From Candidatus Gastranaerophilales bacterium (lineage in GTDB: Bacteria; Cyanobacteriota; Vampirovibrionia; Gastranaerophilales; Gastranaerophilaceae): a stretch of 64,000 nucleotides of DNA. The stretch spans positions 971 through 64,970 of the forward strand of contig CAJULH010000001.1 in the NCBI GenBank assembly GCA_910587175.1. Reading direction: 5' to 3'. The notes under the pieces are model-generated. The model saw nothing but the letters and a program-made list of their open reading frames with translations. It searched no databases and was not told the origin of the DNA. Shown here one piece after another: positions 45,739-55,690 of this stretch; the first letter of the stretch is position 1, and each line of letters starts with the position of its first letter. The translations under genes were made by a program, and so were the position numbers.

Positions 45739-46911
45739 TTAGTGGCAAAGAGCCAGTAATACACCTGCTGCAACAGCTGAACCAATTACGCCTGATACGT
45801 TTGGACCCATAGCGTGCATTAAAAGGTAGTTGTTCTGGTTGTATTCTAAACCCACTTTGTTTACAACCCTTGCTGCCATAGGAACAGCTGATACACCAGC
45901 TGCACCAATCAACGGGTTAATCGGGGTTTTGGAGAATTTATTCATAATCTTACCAAATATTACGCCCATTGCAGTCGCAAGACCAAACGCTACAATACCC
46001 AGAATAAGAATAAAGAGTGTTTGAATGGTTAAGAATTGGTTTGCTGAAAGTTTTGAACCTACTGATAACCCTAAGAATATCGTTACAATATTAATAAGTT
46101 CATTCTGCAAGGTTTTTGACAACCTTTCAACAACGCCTGATTCCTTACATAAATTACCAAATGCTAAAGCACCGATTAGGGGACAGGCGTCAGGAAGAAG
46201 CAAAATACAAAGTCCTAAAACCAAAAGCGGAAATACGATTTTTTCCCTTTGTGAAACTTCCCTTAACTGCACCATCTCAATCTGACGTTCAGCCTTTGTT
46301 GTTAAAAGTTTCATAATTGGTGGCTGGATTACAGGAACAAGTGCCATATAAGAATAAGCCGCAACCGCAATTGCACCTAATAATTCAGGAGCAAGCTTGC
46401 TTGTTACATAAATTGAGGTTGGACCATCCGCACCGCCAATGATACCGATTGAAGCAGCCTGCGGCATTGTAAAACCGAACACGCAAAGCGCCAAAAGTAA
46501 AGCACCAAAGATACCAAACTGTGCTGCACCGCCAAGGAGAGCAGTTTTCGGGTTTGCAAGCAACGGACCAAAATCCGTCATAGCGCCAACACCCATAAAG
46601 ATAATCAAGGGAAAAATTCCCTGGTGAATACCTGCTTCATAAATTATTCCTAAAAAACCTGTGGGTTCTGCAATTCCTGCAAGAGGAATATTTGATAATA
46701 AGCCGCCGAATGCAATCGGAACCAGCAAAAGCGGCTCAAACTGTTTTTTAATCCCAAGCCAAAGAAGGAACAGACAAACTAAAATCATAATCGGAGAGCC
46801 GAATTGATATAGAATCTGTTCTGCACCCTGTAAATCAGGGTTTGCAGGCAAAATCATATTTGCAATACCCGTCGAGCTCCAAAGGCTTTGTAAACTTTCT
46901 GTAATATTCAT
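45739..46911 (-). CDS. oadB: Na+-translocating oxaloacetate (or related) decarboxylase beta subunit
   Basis: 390 aa polytopic membrane protein of the OadB/GcdB family ([13 protein letters not shown]; [14 protein letters not shown]). Confidence 0.9.
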   Translation of the reverse strand: MNITESLQSLWSSTGIANMILPANPDLQGAEQILYQFGSPIMILVCLFLLWLGIKKQFEPLLLVPIAFGGLLSNIPLAGIAEPTGFLGIIYEAGIHQGIFPLIIFMGVGAMTDFGPLLANPKTALLGGAAQFGIFGALLLALCVFGFTMPQAASIGIIGGADGPTSIYVTSKLAPELLGAIAVAAYSYMALVPVIQPPIMKLLTTKAERQIEMVQLREVSQREKIVFPLLVLGLCILLLPDACPLIGALAFGNLCKESGVVERLSKTLQNELINIVTIFLGLSVGSKLSANQFLTIQTLFILILGIVAFGLATAMGVIFGKIMNKFSKTPINPLIGAAGVSAVPMAARVVNKVGLEYNQNNYLLMHAMGPNVSGVIGSAVAAGVLLALCH

Positions 46912-46921
46912 CTCAAGCCTC

Positions 46922-48712
46922 CTAACCCAAAGTTACCATTACCTGACCGTTTTTCACCTGGTCACCGACACTAACGTCAACCGAAGCTACAACGCCTGCT
47001 TTTGGAGATTTAATTTCGGTTTCCATCTTCATGGCTTCAAGAACCAGGAGCACATCGCCTTCCTGAATATTATCGCCTTCTGCAACGTTAATTTTAAGAA
47101 CGGCGCCCGGAAGTGCTGCCTTAATCGGTGTAGCATCAGAGTTTGAAACACCTGCTTTTGCTTCAATGCCTTCTTTAACGTTGATATCATATGTTTTTCC
47201 GTTAACAACAGCTTTTGAGCCTTCAATTCTAACGGAATATTTTTTATTGTTAACTGAAACCGTATAACCTTCGGGTTTTTCACCTGCAACTGAACATTGT
47301 TTAACATCTGCATTTTTTCTAACGCCGATTTGTCCTTTACCCTGAAGGAACATAATACCTTTTTCTTTACATGCGGCTGCAATGAAAATGTTTTCTTCGG
47401 TTTCTTTCAGGTTTGCTTCTTTAAGCATTTTCTTAGCAGCCTCAATGCCTTTGTTCGGGTCTTTATCATTAAGGTCAACAACTAATTCTGTTGTAGGCTG
47501 CAAACCTAATTGTTCGGATGCCATTTTAACAAGCTCTGCATCAGGTTCGCAAGGTGTTTTACCAAAATAGCCAAGAACCATTTTGCCGTAGCCTTCTGTA
47601 ATTTTATTCCATTTACCAAACATAACGTTTGAATAAGCCTGCTGGAAATAGAATTGTGAAACAGGAGTAACGCTTGTTGCAAAACCGCCCTTTTCAACAA
47701 CTTCTTTCATAGCAGCAACAACTTCAGGGAATTTATCCATTGTACCGTTATCTCTCATCATCTGCGTATTTGCAGTTAATGCACCACCCGGAAGCGGAGA
47801 AGAAATGATAACAGGGTTAACTGCCATTGCTTCTGGGGGCAGGAAGTAATCTTTCATGGCTTCTTTGAAGATTTCCTCTGTTTCCAAAATCTTTTCAACA
47901 TCAATTCCAAGGTCATATTCACTGCCTTTCAGAGCATGCCACATAGAAACAATGTCAGGTTGTGCAGTTCCGCCTGAAACCGGCTTCATAGAAAGGTCGA
48001 TACCATCAGCCCCGCCATCAAGAGCTGCCATATAAGCAGCTAAACCTGTTCCTGCGGTTTCGTGGCTATGGAATCTTATGTGCATATCGGGACCAAGAAT
48101 TTCTCTTGTCCTTTTTATTGTTTCAAACACTTTTCTTGGAGCTGATGTTCCTGAAGCGTCTTTGAAAGCAAGACTGTCAAACGGAATACCGGCATCTAAA
48201 ATGCTTCTTAAAACTCTTTCATAAAAATCAACATCATGTGCGCCCGTACAGCCTATAGGAAGTTCCATCATAGTAATTGTAACTTCGTGTTTTAAGCCGT
48301 TATCCTTAATGCATTGTCCTGAATAAATCAGGTTGTTAACATCATTTAGAGCATCAAAGTTTCTGATTGTTGTCATGCCGTGTTTTTTAAACATTTTGGC
48401 ATGGAGATTAATAATATCTCTCGGTTGGGAATCAAGACCTACAACATTTACGCCGCGCGCAAGAGTTTGAAGGTTAATATCAGGACCAACGGTTTTTCTG
48501 ATTGTATCCATCATATCAAAAGCATTTTCATTACAGTAGAAAATAGGAGACTGGAACCTTGCTCCGCCGCCCACTTCAAAGTGCTTTAAACCTGCAGCCA
48601 CTGCAGACTCTAAAGCAGGAAGAAAATCTTTTGTGAATACTCTTGCCCCGTAAACGGATTGAAAACCGTCGCGGAACGAGGTATCCATAACTTTAATCTG
48701 TTTTTTTGCCAT
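46922..48712 (-). CDS. oadA: Oxaloacetate decarboxylase alpha subunit (carboxyltransferase plus biotinyl domain)
   Basis: 596 aa. [13 protein letters not shown]-barrel carboxyltransferase and a C-terminal biotin-attachment motif EAMKME. Confidence 0.9.
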   Translation of the reverse strand: MAKKQIKVMDTSFRDGFQSVYGARVFTKDFLPALESAVAAGLKHFEVGGGARFQSPIFYCNENAFDMMDTIRKTVGPDINLQTLARGVNVVGLDSQPRDIINLHAKMFKKHGMTTIRNFDALNDVNNLIYSGQCIKDNGLKHEVTITMMELPIGCTGAHDVDFYERVLRSILDAGIPFDSLAFKDASGTSAPRKVFETIKRTREILGPDMHIRFHSHETAGTGLAAYMAALDGGADGIDLSMKPVSGGTAQPDIVSMWHALKGSEYDLGIDVEKILETEEIFKEAMKDYFLPPEAMAVNPVIISSPLPGGALTANTQMMRDNGTMDKFPEVVAAMKEVVEKGGFATSVTPVSQFYFQQAYSNVMFGKWNKITEGYGKMVLGYFGKTPCEPDAELVKMASEQLGLQPTTELVVDLNDKDPNKGIEAAKKMLKEANLKETEENIFIAAACKEKGIMFLQGKGQIGVRKNADVKQCSVAGEKPEGYTVSVNNKKYSVRIEGSKAVVNGKTYDINVKEGIEAKAGVSNSDATPIKAALPGAVLKINVAEGDNIQEGDVLLVLEAMKMETEIKSPKAGVVASVDVSVGDQVKNGQVMVTLG

Positions 48713-48756
48713 TTTTTTATCCTCTTATTTTGTATCACGTAATAAATTCATTTTTT

Positions 48757-49347
48757 TTAAACCGTTGCAGGTTTTATTTTTAAATCTTCCGAAATCCCCT
48801 CAGGAAGACCGTTTTTCAGAAAATCATCATATTCTTTTTTAAAGTTTGTCACAAGTTTTTTTAAAAAAACATCCTTATCAACATTTTTACCGGTCTCCAA
48901 AAATACTGAGGTCGCCGGAATATCTATGCGGGCAGCATCTTCCATTGTAAGGTTCAGGTTTATTCCTATCCCTACAATCACACCCTTGAATTCACTCCCT
49001 ATAAATACTGATTCTGCAAGTATTCCGGCTATTTTTTTACCGTTAATCAAAATATCGTTAGGAAATTTAAACTTTGGCTTAAGTCCGTATTCTTCAAGAG
49101 TTTTTGCGCCTATATAGCTTGTGTATCTTGTAAGTTCGTTTAAATGTTCAATATTTTCAGGTTTTAAAACTATGGATATATAAATATTTCCGCCATTATC
49201 AGAGGTTGAATACCATTTTCTTTCAAACTGACCATGACCTTCAGTCTGAACATCGGCACTGATTACCTTAAAGTCCTCTAAATCCTTTAAGTTCTTCCTC
49301 GCCCATATGCTTGTGGAATCTAATTCTTTGAAATTCAAAATATCCAT
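48757..49347 (-). CDS. birA: Biotin--protein ligase (group I, no HTH domain)
   Basis: 196 aa. QTEGHGQFERKW (GRGRxGR-like loop) and KFPNDILINGKKIAGIL. Confidence 0.85.
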   Translation of the reverse strand: MDILNFKELDSTSIWARKNLKDLEDFKVISADVQTEGHGQFERKWYSTSDNGGNIYISIVLKPENIEHLNELTRYTSYIGAKTLEEYGLKPKFKFPNDILINGKKIAGILAESVFIGSEFKGVIVGIGINLNLTMEDAARIDIPATSVFLETGKNVDKDVFLKKLVTNFKKEYDDFLKNGLPEGISEDLKIKPATV

Positions 49348-49561
49348 AATTACTTTTAATTATATTTCAAACAAAATTTAAACAAAATATTTTTTAAAAT
49401 TTTTAAAATTTTAATTAAGCAGACAATATTAAAAACCCATAAATATTATTAAATTTAATTGCAAAAATTTATATTTTTTTAATATAAGTGTTATTTGACA
49501 AGTTGCATATTTATTTTTAGAATATCTAGCTGTCACAACTTAAGTTAGATTAACAACAATT

Positions 49562-50932
49562 ATGAATATAGCCGAAGCAAAAAACTCTAATTCCATAGTG
49601 TTTAAGATGTCTGTTCCAATTTTTATTGAGCTTCTTTTACAAATGCTTGTAGGAAATGTGGACCAGATAATGATTGGGCATTTTAACGAAAATTCAGTTG
49701 GTGCAATAGGCAATGCCAATCTTATAATGAACCTTGTAATTATTGTTCTAAGCGTTATGAGCGTTTCAACCACAATTTTAATTTCAAGATATCTTGGGTC
49801 AAAAAATACCGGAAAAATTTCTGAGGTTTTTAATACATCCATTGTTATGCTTGGCGTTGTGAGTATTTTAATAACGGCAGCCATTTTCCTGTTTGCAACA
49901 CCGGTATTTAAATGGATGCAAGTGCCTGACATAATTTTCAACGAAACAAAAATCTATCTTTTGATTGTAGGTGCATTCACAATAATTCAAGGTCTCTACA
50001 TGACATTTGCAGCCGCACTTAGAAGCTATGCTTTTATGAAAGATGTGATGCTTGTTGCAGTAATTATGAATATTGCAAACATTTTAGGAAATCTTATATT
50101 AATAAATGGTTTTTTATTTATTGCTCCAATGGGTGTTGCGGGTGCTGCAATTTCAACCACATTTAGTAAAGTTTTCGGTCTTATTTTAATGATTTATTTA
50201 TTCTGCAGAAAAACCAATATTCATATATCAAAAAAATATCTAAAACCATTTCCTTGGCACACCATGAAAAACCTTTTACACATAGGTGTTCCATCGGGCG
50301 CGGAAGAATTATCTTATAATTTATCCCAAACCGTAATAATGAAATTTGTAAATTATTTTGGAACAATGGTTATAACAACAAAGGTATATTGCAGTATCCT
50401 TGCAAATTTTGCATACATATATTCCGTTGCAATATCCCAAGCTTCACAAATTGTTGTAAGCTACTTAATAGGCTCTAATAATTTAAAACTTGCAAGCAAA
50501 AAGGTTTGGTCAACCTTAATTGTGTCGATGGTTGTTTCTTTATCCATAACACTTTTATTGTATATCTTTAGCGACAATATTTTTGGCATATTTACAAAAA
50601 ATCCTGAAATTTTAGCACTTGGAAAGAAAATCATACTTGTGGAATTTTTCCTTGAAATAGGGCGATCTATAAATATAGTAATGGTGAGATGCCTCATAGC
50701 TGTTGAAGATGTAAAGTTCCCTGCATTTATGTGCATGTTTTCAGCCTGGACATTTGGCGTAGGGTTTGGATATCTCTTCGGTGTTGTTATAAATATGGGG
50801 CTTGTCGGTATTTGGATTGGAATGGCGATGGATGAATGCATACGTGGTTTTATATTAATATTGAGGTTTAAAACTCTTGGATGGGTTAAAAAGGTGAAAA
50901 ACAAAAGAAAAGAAGAGCTTGCATTAGGTTAA
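49562..50932 (+). CDS. MATE-family efflux transporter
   Basis: 456 aa, 12 TM helices, with an N-terminal PIFIELLLQMLVGNVDQIMIGH typical of MATE/NorM. Confidence 0.9.
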   Translation: MNIAEAKNSNSIVFKMSVPIFIELLLQMLVGNVDQIMIGHFNENSVGAIGNANLIMNLVIIVLSVMSVSTTILISRYLGSKNTGKISEVFNTSIVMLGVVSILITAAIFLFATPVFKWMQVPDIIFNETKIYLLIVGAFTIIQGLYMTFAAALRSYAFMKDVMLVAVIMNIANILGNLILINGFLFIAPMGVAGAAISTTFSKVFGLILMIYLFCRKTNIHISKKYLKPFPWHTMKNLLHIGVPSGAEELSYNLSQTVIMKFVNYFGTMVITTKVYCSILANFAYIYSVAISQASQIVVSYLIGSNNLKLASKKVWSTLIVSMVVSLSITLLLYIFSDNIFGIFTKNPEILALGKKIILVEFFLEIGRSINIVMVRCLIAVEDVKFPAFMCMFSAWTFGVGFGYLFGVVINMGLVGIWIGMAMDECIRGFILILRFKTLGWVKKVKNKRKEELALG

Positions 50933-50969
50933 GTTTAATTCTTAAAGCAAGATATAACCATATAAATTC

Positions 50970-51848
50970 TCAAACAAGCTTAAGCCCGACAGGAACAATA
51001 GTATTATTTGCCCCGTGGGTAATATTCATATCAAAAGCATACGGGACATTTAAAGTATCCACAAATTCTTTTAAAATTTCGTTTAAATATTCTCCTGCAC
51101 CTTTAAATTCACCAAAAATAACCGCTTTTATCTTGTTCTTCAAATAGATATTTCTTAAAATTTGCGTCAGCATCCTGTCTATTTTATAATCCGGCTCATT
51201 TATATCCTCCAGAAATAAAACTATATCTTCATTTGGAACATAGCTTTCAGCAGGTGAGCCAAAAAGAGAAACAATTGTGGCAAGATTGCCTCCCCAAAGG
51301 ACAGCGCCATCTCCGGGATACAGACCTCCTTTTTTCCAAACGCGTTCGCTGCAATTAAACTTTGGCATAGTATAGATATTGTTCTCTATGGCATTTTTAT
51401 ACTTTAAAAATTCTCTTTCATTCATTTTAGAGATACCGTTTAAAGCCATTTTGGCATGGTATGTTATAAGCCCGGTGTTTTTAAAAACAGATACCAAAAG
51501 TGCCGTAATATCAGAACTTCCAATGAATTTTTTAGGATTATTTTTTATAATATCGTAATCAATTTTATCCAAAAGCCGGATGGCGCCATAACCGCCTCTG
51601 GCGCATATTATTGTGTCTATGCCGGGGTCAAGAAAAGCATTGTGCAAATCTTCAAGCCGGGTGTTGTCATCCCCAGCCATATATCTGAATTTTTGCCCGC
51701 AGCCTTTGAATATTTTTGCAGCAACATTTTGCGAAAAAAGAAATTTTTCTGCTTCATAAAGACCGTCGATTTCATCTATATTACCCGCAGGCGCTATTAT
51801 TGCAACATTTTTCATAAAACATATTGTATCATATTTTTTGAGTGCCAT
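50970..51848 (-). CDS. ldcA: LD-carboxypeptidase (peptidase S66, LdcA-like)
   Basis: IAPAG, GYGAIRLL and the nucleophile motif GSSDITAL, with Glu (LEDINE) and His (ITHG). The start is ambiguous (51848 or 51815), and the ORF-track start at 51962 overlaps the divergent gene. Confidence 0.8.
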   Translation of the reverse strand: MALKKYDTICFMKNVAIIAPAGNIDEIDGLYEAEKFLFSQNVAAKIFKGCGQKFRYMAGDDNTRLEDLHNAFLDPGIDTIICARGGYGAIRLLDKIDYDIIKNNPKKFIGSSDITALLVSVFKNTGLITYHAKMALNGISKMNEREFLKYKNAIENNIYTMPKFNCSERVWKKGGLYPGDGAVLWGGNLATIVSLFGSPAESYVPNEDIVLFLEDINEPDYKIDRMLTQILRNIYLKNKIKAVIFGEFKGAGEYLNEILKEFVDTLNVPYAFDMNITHGANNTIVPVGLKLV

Positions 51849-51861
51849 AATAGTGTAAGTT

Positions 51862-52500
51862 ATGGTATTAGTTAAGAAAATTTTATTATTCCTTGCGGCG
51901 CTTTTTCTTACCGCATTGGGTATCGCAGTCGGAACTTCGGCATATCTGGGCACAAGCCCCATCGGAAGCTTTCCTTATGTTTTAACATTTATTTGCCATC
52001 TGTCTTTTGGAACAACAACTTTTATTGTAAATTCATTTTTTATACTTTTTCAAAGAATAATCCTTGGAAAAGAATTTAAAAAGAGAGATTATTGTCAGTT
52101 TTTTGTAATATTCTTCTTTGGAATTTTTATTGACTTTGGTATGCATATTGCAAGCTTTTTTGTATCACAGATTTATTGGAAACAGTTTATAATGCTTATA
52201 GTTGGCGCAATTATTTTAGCTTTTGGCGTGGCACTTGAAATAATCGCGGATTTAATTTATATCCCCGGAGAAGGAGCAGTCAGGGCGGTTTCTAAAAAAT
52301 TTGGTTTTGAATTCGGAAAAGCAAAAATTATTTTTGATATTGCACAATGCATTATAGCAGTTTTGCTTGGATTGATATTTTTGCACAAAATTGAAGGTAT
52401 AAGGGAGGGCACCCTGATTACGGCACTTTTGGTTGGTCCCTTGGTAATGGTTTTTTGCAAACCCGCAAGAGCTGCACTTTCAAAAATTAAATTTTTATAA
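51862..52500 (+). CDS. Small polytopic membrane protein (YczE/YitT-like)
   Basis: 212 aa, about 5-6 TM helices. LTALGIAVGTSAYLGTSPIGSFPYVL resembles YczE-type proteins. Confidence 0.55.
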   Translation: MVLVKKILLFLAALFLTALGIAVGTSAYLGTSPIGSFPYVLTFICHLSFGTTTFIVNSFFILFQRIILGKEFKKRDYCQFFVIFFFGIFIDFGMHIASFFVSQIYWKQFIMLIVGAIILAFGVALEIIADLIYIPGEGAVRAVSKKFGFEFGKAKIIFDIAQCIIAVLLGLIFLHKIEGIREGTLITALLVGPLVMVFCKPARAALSKIKFL

Positions 52501-52536
52501 TACTGCATGCAGCCAATTTTATAATATAATATTTCT

Positions 52537-54747
52537 ATGACTGAAAAATATTTGCCTTTATTTAGAAAATACAGACCACAAAGTTTTAAAGATGTCGTAG
52601 GACAAGAAAGCCTTGTAAAAGCACTTTCAAATGCTATTGAATTAAACCGGATTGCAAACGCATACCTTTTTGCAGGACCAAGAGGAACCGGAAAAACCTC
52701 CTGCGCAAGGATTTTTGCAAAATCTTTAAACTGCATAAACGGTCCGACGCTTGAACCATGCCAAAAATGCCCGAGCTGTCTTGATATAACAAATGCCTCT
52801 GGACTTGATGTCATTGAAATTGACGCTGCCACAAACAGAGGGATAGATGATGCCAAAGAATTAATTGCCCAGACGCAGTATGCACCGATGAATGGCAAAT
52901 ATAAAATATTTATAATAGACGAAGTTCATATGCTCTCAAATGAAGCATTTAACGCACTTTTAAAGACCTTTGAAGAGCCTCCTGCCAATGTTATTTTTAT
53001 CCTGGCTACAACAGAACCGCATAAGGTAATAGAGACGATTGTTTCAAGATGCCAGAGATTCGATTTGAGGCGCATTACAACTGATGATATTGTCAAACGC
53101 TTAAGAGAAATTTCAGATATTGAAAAAATAAAAATTACGGATGATGCCTTGCATACAATTGCAAAAAATGTATCCGGCGGACTTAGGGATTCTCTTGCCT
53201 TGCTCGACCAGGTAAGCATTTTGGGCGCAAGAGAAGAAATTACAAAAGAAGATATTGAAAGCCTGCTTGGCAAGGTAACGTTTGATGTGGCATTTGATTT
53301 TTTGAATAAGATATTGTCTAAAAATATAGAAAATGCGTTGTCTTCTTTAGACAAGATATATAATAAAGGCTTGGAGCCAAAGAATTTTTGCGAAAATTTT
53401 ATAGAATTTTTAAGAAACCTGATTTTTACCCTTAAATCTTCTGCTACAGATAGCATTCTAAGATTTACAAATTTTAACCAGGGTGATATTGATAAAATAA
53501 AAAGTGCAAATTTTAATACAGCGCAAATTTTCAGAATTCTGGAAAAAGTTATTGAATATTATAAAGAAATCCGCTTTACAACAAACCCCTATCTTTGGGC
53601 AGAACTTATGGTGATAAACCTGTGCAAAGACGAGGTATTTGTTGCTCAAAATGCTGAAATTGCTGCAGCCCCTGCAATCTCAGCAGCATCATTCGCCATA
53701 AACCGGACAGAATTGTCAAAACAAGCGGAAACATTAAAAGAACAGGAAAACAATTTTAATACTGGTACTTCTGCACAAAAACCGGCAATCACAGCAGAAA
53801 GCAAACCGGCATTTAATACTGAACCGCAAAATGCAGGAGGCAGCATTGTAAAAGAAACCCTAAAAGAGGTTGATATTCCTGAAAATATACCGGTGAAAGA
53901 AAGTGCGGATGACGAAGTTCAAAATTTAAGCGAATATAAAGAAACTTTATACCAAAATAAACCAAAGGAACCTGAAAACAGTTTTTCCGTAGAAGTTTTG
54001 GATGCATCTTTGGCAGCTGAAGAAAATAAAACTGCAAAAGAGCCGGCATATGCTGCAGAACCCATAAAAATGCCCGAAGAAGAACCGGTTATGCCCGAAG
54101 TTCCAACATCTATAATGCCTCAGACAGGTGATATCGACCCCATCGCAGCCTGGGCAAACGTTTTGAATGTAATTGAATCTATACCGGCAAAATTTTTCTA
54201 TTCCGGCGTTGGAAAGCTTGTGGGGATTGAAAATAAAAAAATTACACTCGGGTTTGTAAATGAAAATGCCATAAATCAGGCAAAATCCGAATCAAAGTTT
54301 AAACATCTTTCAAAGGCTGTTCAAAATACACTCGGAGAAGATTATTCAACAGATTTTATTTTAATTACCAAAGATACAAAAATAATAGATGTCAAACTGA
54401 CAGCAAAAATTCAGGACAAACCAAAACCATCTTATGCAAGAGAGCAGCAAAATAGTAGCCCTGATTCTTTTAACGGATATCAAAAATCGCAAAATGCTGC
54501 ATCCGCACAAAATGAAGGATCTAAAAACAGCTTGGAAGACGCAAATACTGAATTTTCCACAGGTGTAACACCTGAAATAGCTTCATTTACTGTAATTGAG
54601 GATTCTGCATCAGGTGAAGCTCCTGTTATGCCGGAAGTTCCGACAGAAGAGAAAAAAGACGGGCATGCTAAAAAGAATATTCTTGCAAACTACGGACAAA
54701 AAACGAGAGAGATGCTTGAGGCTTTTAATGGCAAGGTTATCGACTAA
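52537..54747 (+). CDS. dnaX: DNA polymerase III subunits gamma/tau
   Basis: 736 aa. YRPQSF.DVVGQE, GPRGTGKTS, the zinc module CQKCPSC, IIDEVHMLS and SRCQRF, with a long low-complexity C-terminal half. Confidence 0.95.
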   Translation: MTEKYLPLFRKYRPQSFKDVVGQESLVKALSNAIELNRIANAYLFAGPRGTGKTSCARIFAKSLNCINGPTLEPCQKCPSCLDITNASGLDVIEIDAATNRGIDDAKELIAQTQYAPMNGKYKIFIIDEVHMLSNEAFNALLKTFEEPPANVIFILATTEPHKVIETIVSRCQRFDLRRITTDDIVKRLREISDIEKIKITDDALHTIAKNVSGGLRDSLALLDQVSILGAREEITKEDIESLLGKVTFDVAFDFLNKILSKNIENALSSLDKIYNKGLEPKNFCENFIEFLRNLIFTLKSSATDSILRFTNFNQGDIDKIKSANFNTAQIFRILEKVIEYYKEIRFTTNPYLWAELMVINLCKDEVFVAQNAEIAAAPAISAASFAINRTELSKQAETLKEQENNFNTGTSAQKPAITAESKPAFNTEPQNAGGSIVKETLKEVDIPENIPVKESADDEVQNLSEYKETLYQNKPKEPENSFSVEVLDASLAAEENKTAKEPAYAAEPIKMPEEEPVMPEVPTSIMPQTGDIDPIAAWANVLNVIESIPAKFFYSGVGKLVGIENKKITLGFVNENAINQAKSESKFKHLSKAVQNTLGEDYSTDFILITKDTKIIDVKLTAKIQDKPKPSYAREQQNSSPDSFNGYQKSQNAASAQNEGSKNSLEDANTEFSTGVTPEIASFTVIEDSASGEAPVMPEVPTEEKKDGHAKKNILANYGQKTREMLEAFNGKVID

Positions 54748-54872
54748 TTTATTTATTAAGATTTACAACTAAACTTGATTAAAAACTTGTTTTTTGTATC
54801 ATAAATATTAAGGGTCTTCGTAATAAGGTCTTTGGTGTTTGTAAAGAAAAGAAAGTGTTTATTTTAAGATAA

Positions 54873-55562
54873 ATGTCTAAAACTTTTACGGAAACAAAAA
54901 CTCATGAAGTCACGGTCGATGTTGTAATTTTGACCATTGTTGAAAACAAACTTAAGGTGCTTTTGTTAAAAAGGGTAAATGAACCTTTCCGCGGAAGATG
55001 GGCAATACCCGGAGGTTTTATAAGGCTGTCTGAAAACCTTGACGATGCCGCGCTTCGTGTTTTGAAAGAAAAGACAAACGTTCAGAATATTTATCTTGAG
55101 CAGCTCTATACATTTGGCGACCCTTTAAGATACCCGAACACTAGGGTTATTACCTGCGCATACTTTGCGCTGCTTCGGGCTGAAGATATTGACGTAAAAA
55201 TTGTGGATGAATCCCAGGTAGCAGAAATTGAATGGCATTCTGTAGAGAATTTGCCGCCATTAGCGTTTGACCATAAAGAAATCATTGAGTACAGTTTAAA
55301 AAGAACACGTGAACGTTTAGAGCTTTGCCCTATTGCATTTCAGCTGCTTCCGAAAAAATTCACCCTGACAGAATTGCAAAAATCATATGAACTTATCTTA
55401 AAAAAAGATTTAGATAAAAGAAATTTCAGAAAAAAAGTTCTTGCAACAAATATGTTGATTGATTTAAATGAATGCACAAAAACAGGTTCAAAACGCCCTG
55501 CAGCTTTGTATTCTTTTGATGCAATCACCCTTGATTCAAAACGCGGACACTTCTTTTCTTAA
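54873..55562 (+). CDS. NrtR-like protein: Nudix-fold domain with a degenerate Nudix box plus a C-terminal winged-helix domain
   Basis: 229 aa. The box region GFIRLSENLDDAALRVLKEKTNV keeps G-x5-E-x7-R, but REUxEExGU reads RVLKEKTNV (E to V, E to K, G to N). The C-terminal 80 aa (FTLTELQKSYELILKKDLDKRNFRKKV) look like the NrtR wHTH. Confidence 0.7.
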   Translation: MSKTFTETKTHEVTVDVVILTIVENKLKVLLLKRVNEPFRGRWAIPGGFIRLSENLDDAALRVLKEKTNVQNIYLEQLYTFGDPLRYPNTRVITCAYFALLRAEDIDVKIVDESQVAEIEWHSVENLPPLAFDHKEIIEYSLKRTRERLELCPIAFQLLPKKFTLTELQKSYELILKKDLDKRNFRKKVLATNMLIDLNECTKTGSKRPAALYSFDAITLDSKRGHFFS

Positions 55563-55690
55563 ATTCTAGCATGCGCCACGGGTTATAGCAGGCGATGTTT
55601 TGTTATATTTATTTACATTATCTTAAAATTCAGCAATTTATAGAAGGCATATATCCTTTATATAATTAAGAGAGTTTTCAAGAGAAAAAT

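Noticed and set aside
49540-50904. Minus-strand ORFs of 133 aa and 147 aa within the MATE gene
   Set aside because: They are antisense shadows of a 12-TM transporter gene, and the sense frame has clear MATE motifs.
52257-52898. 213-aa minus-strand ORF
   Set aside because: It is antisense to the 3' end of the YczE-like gene and the highly conserved 5' AAA+ region of dnaX. Both sense genes have strong motif support.
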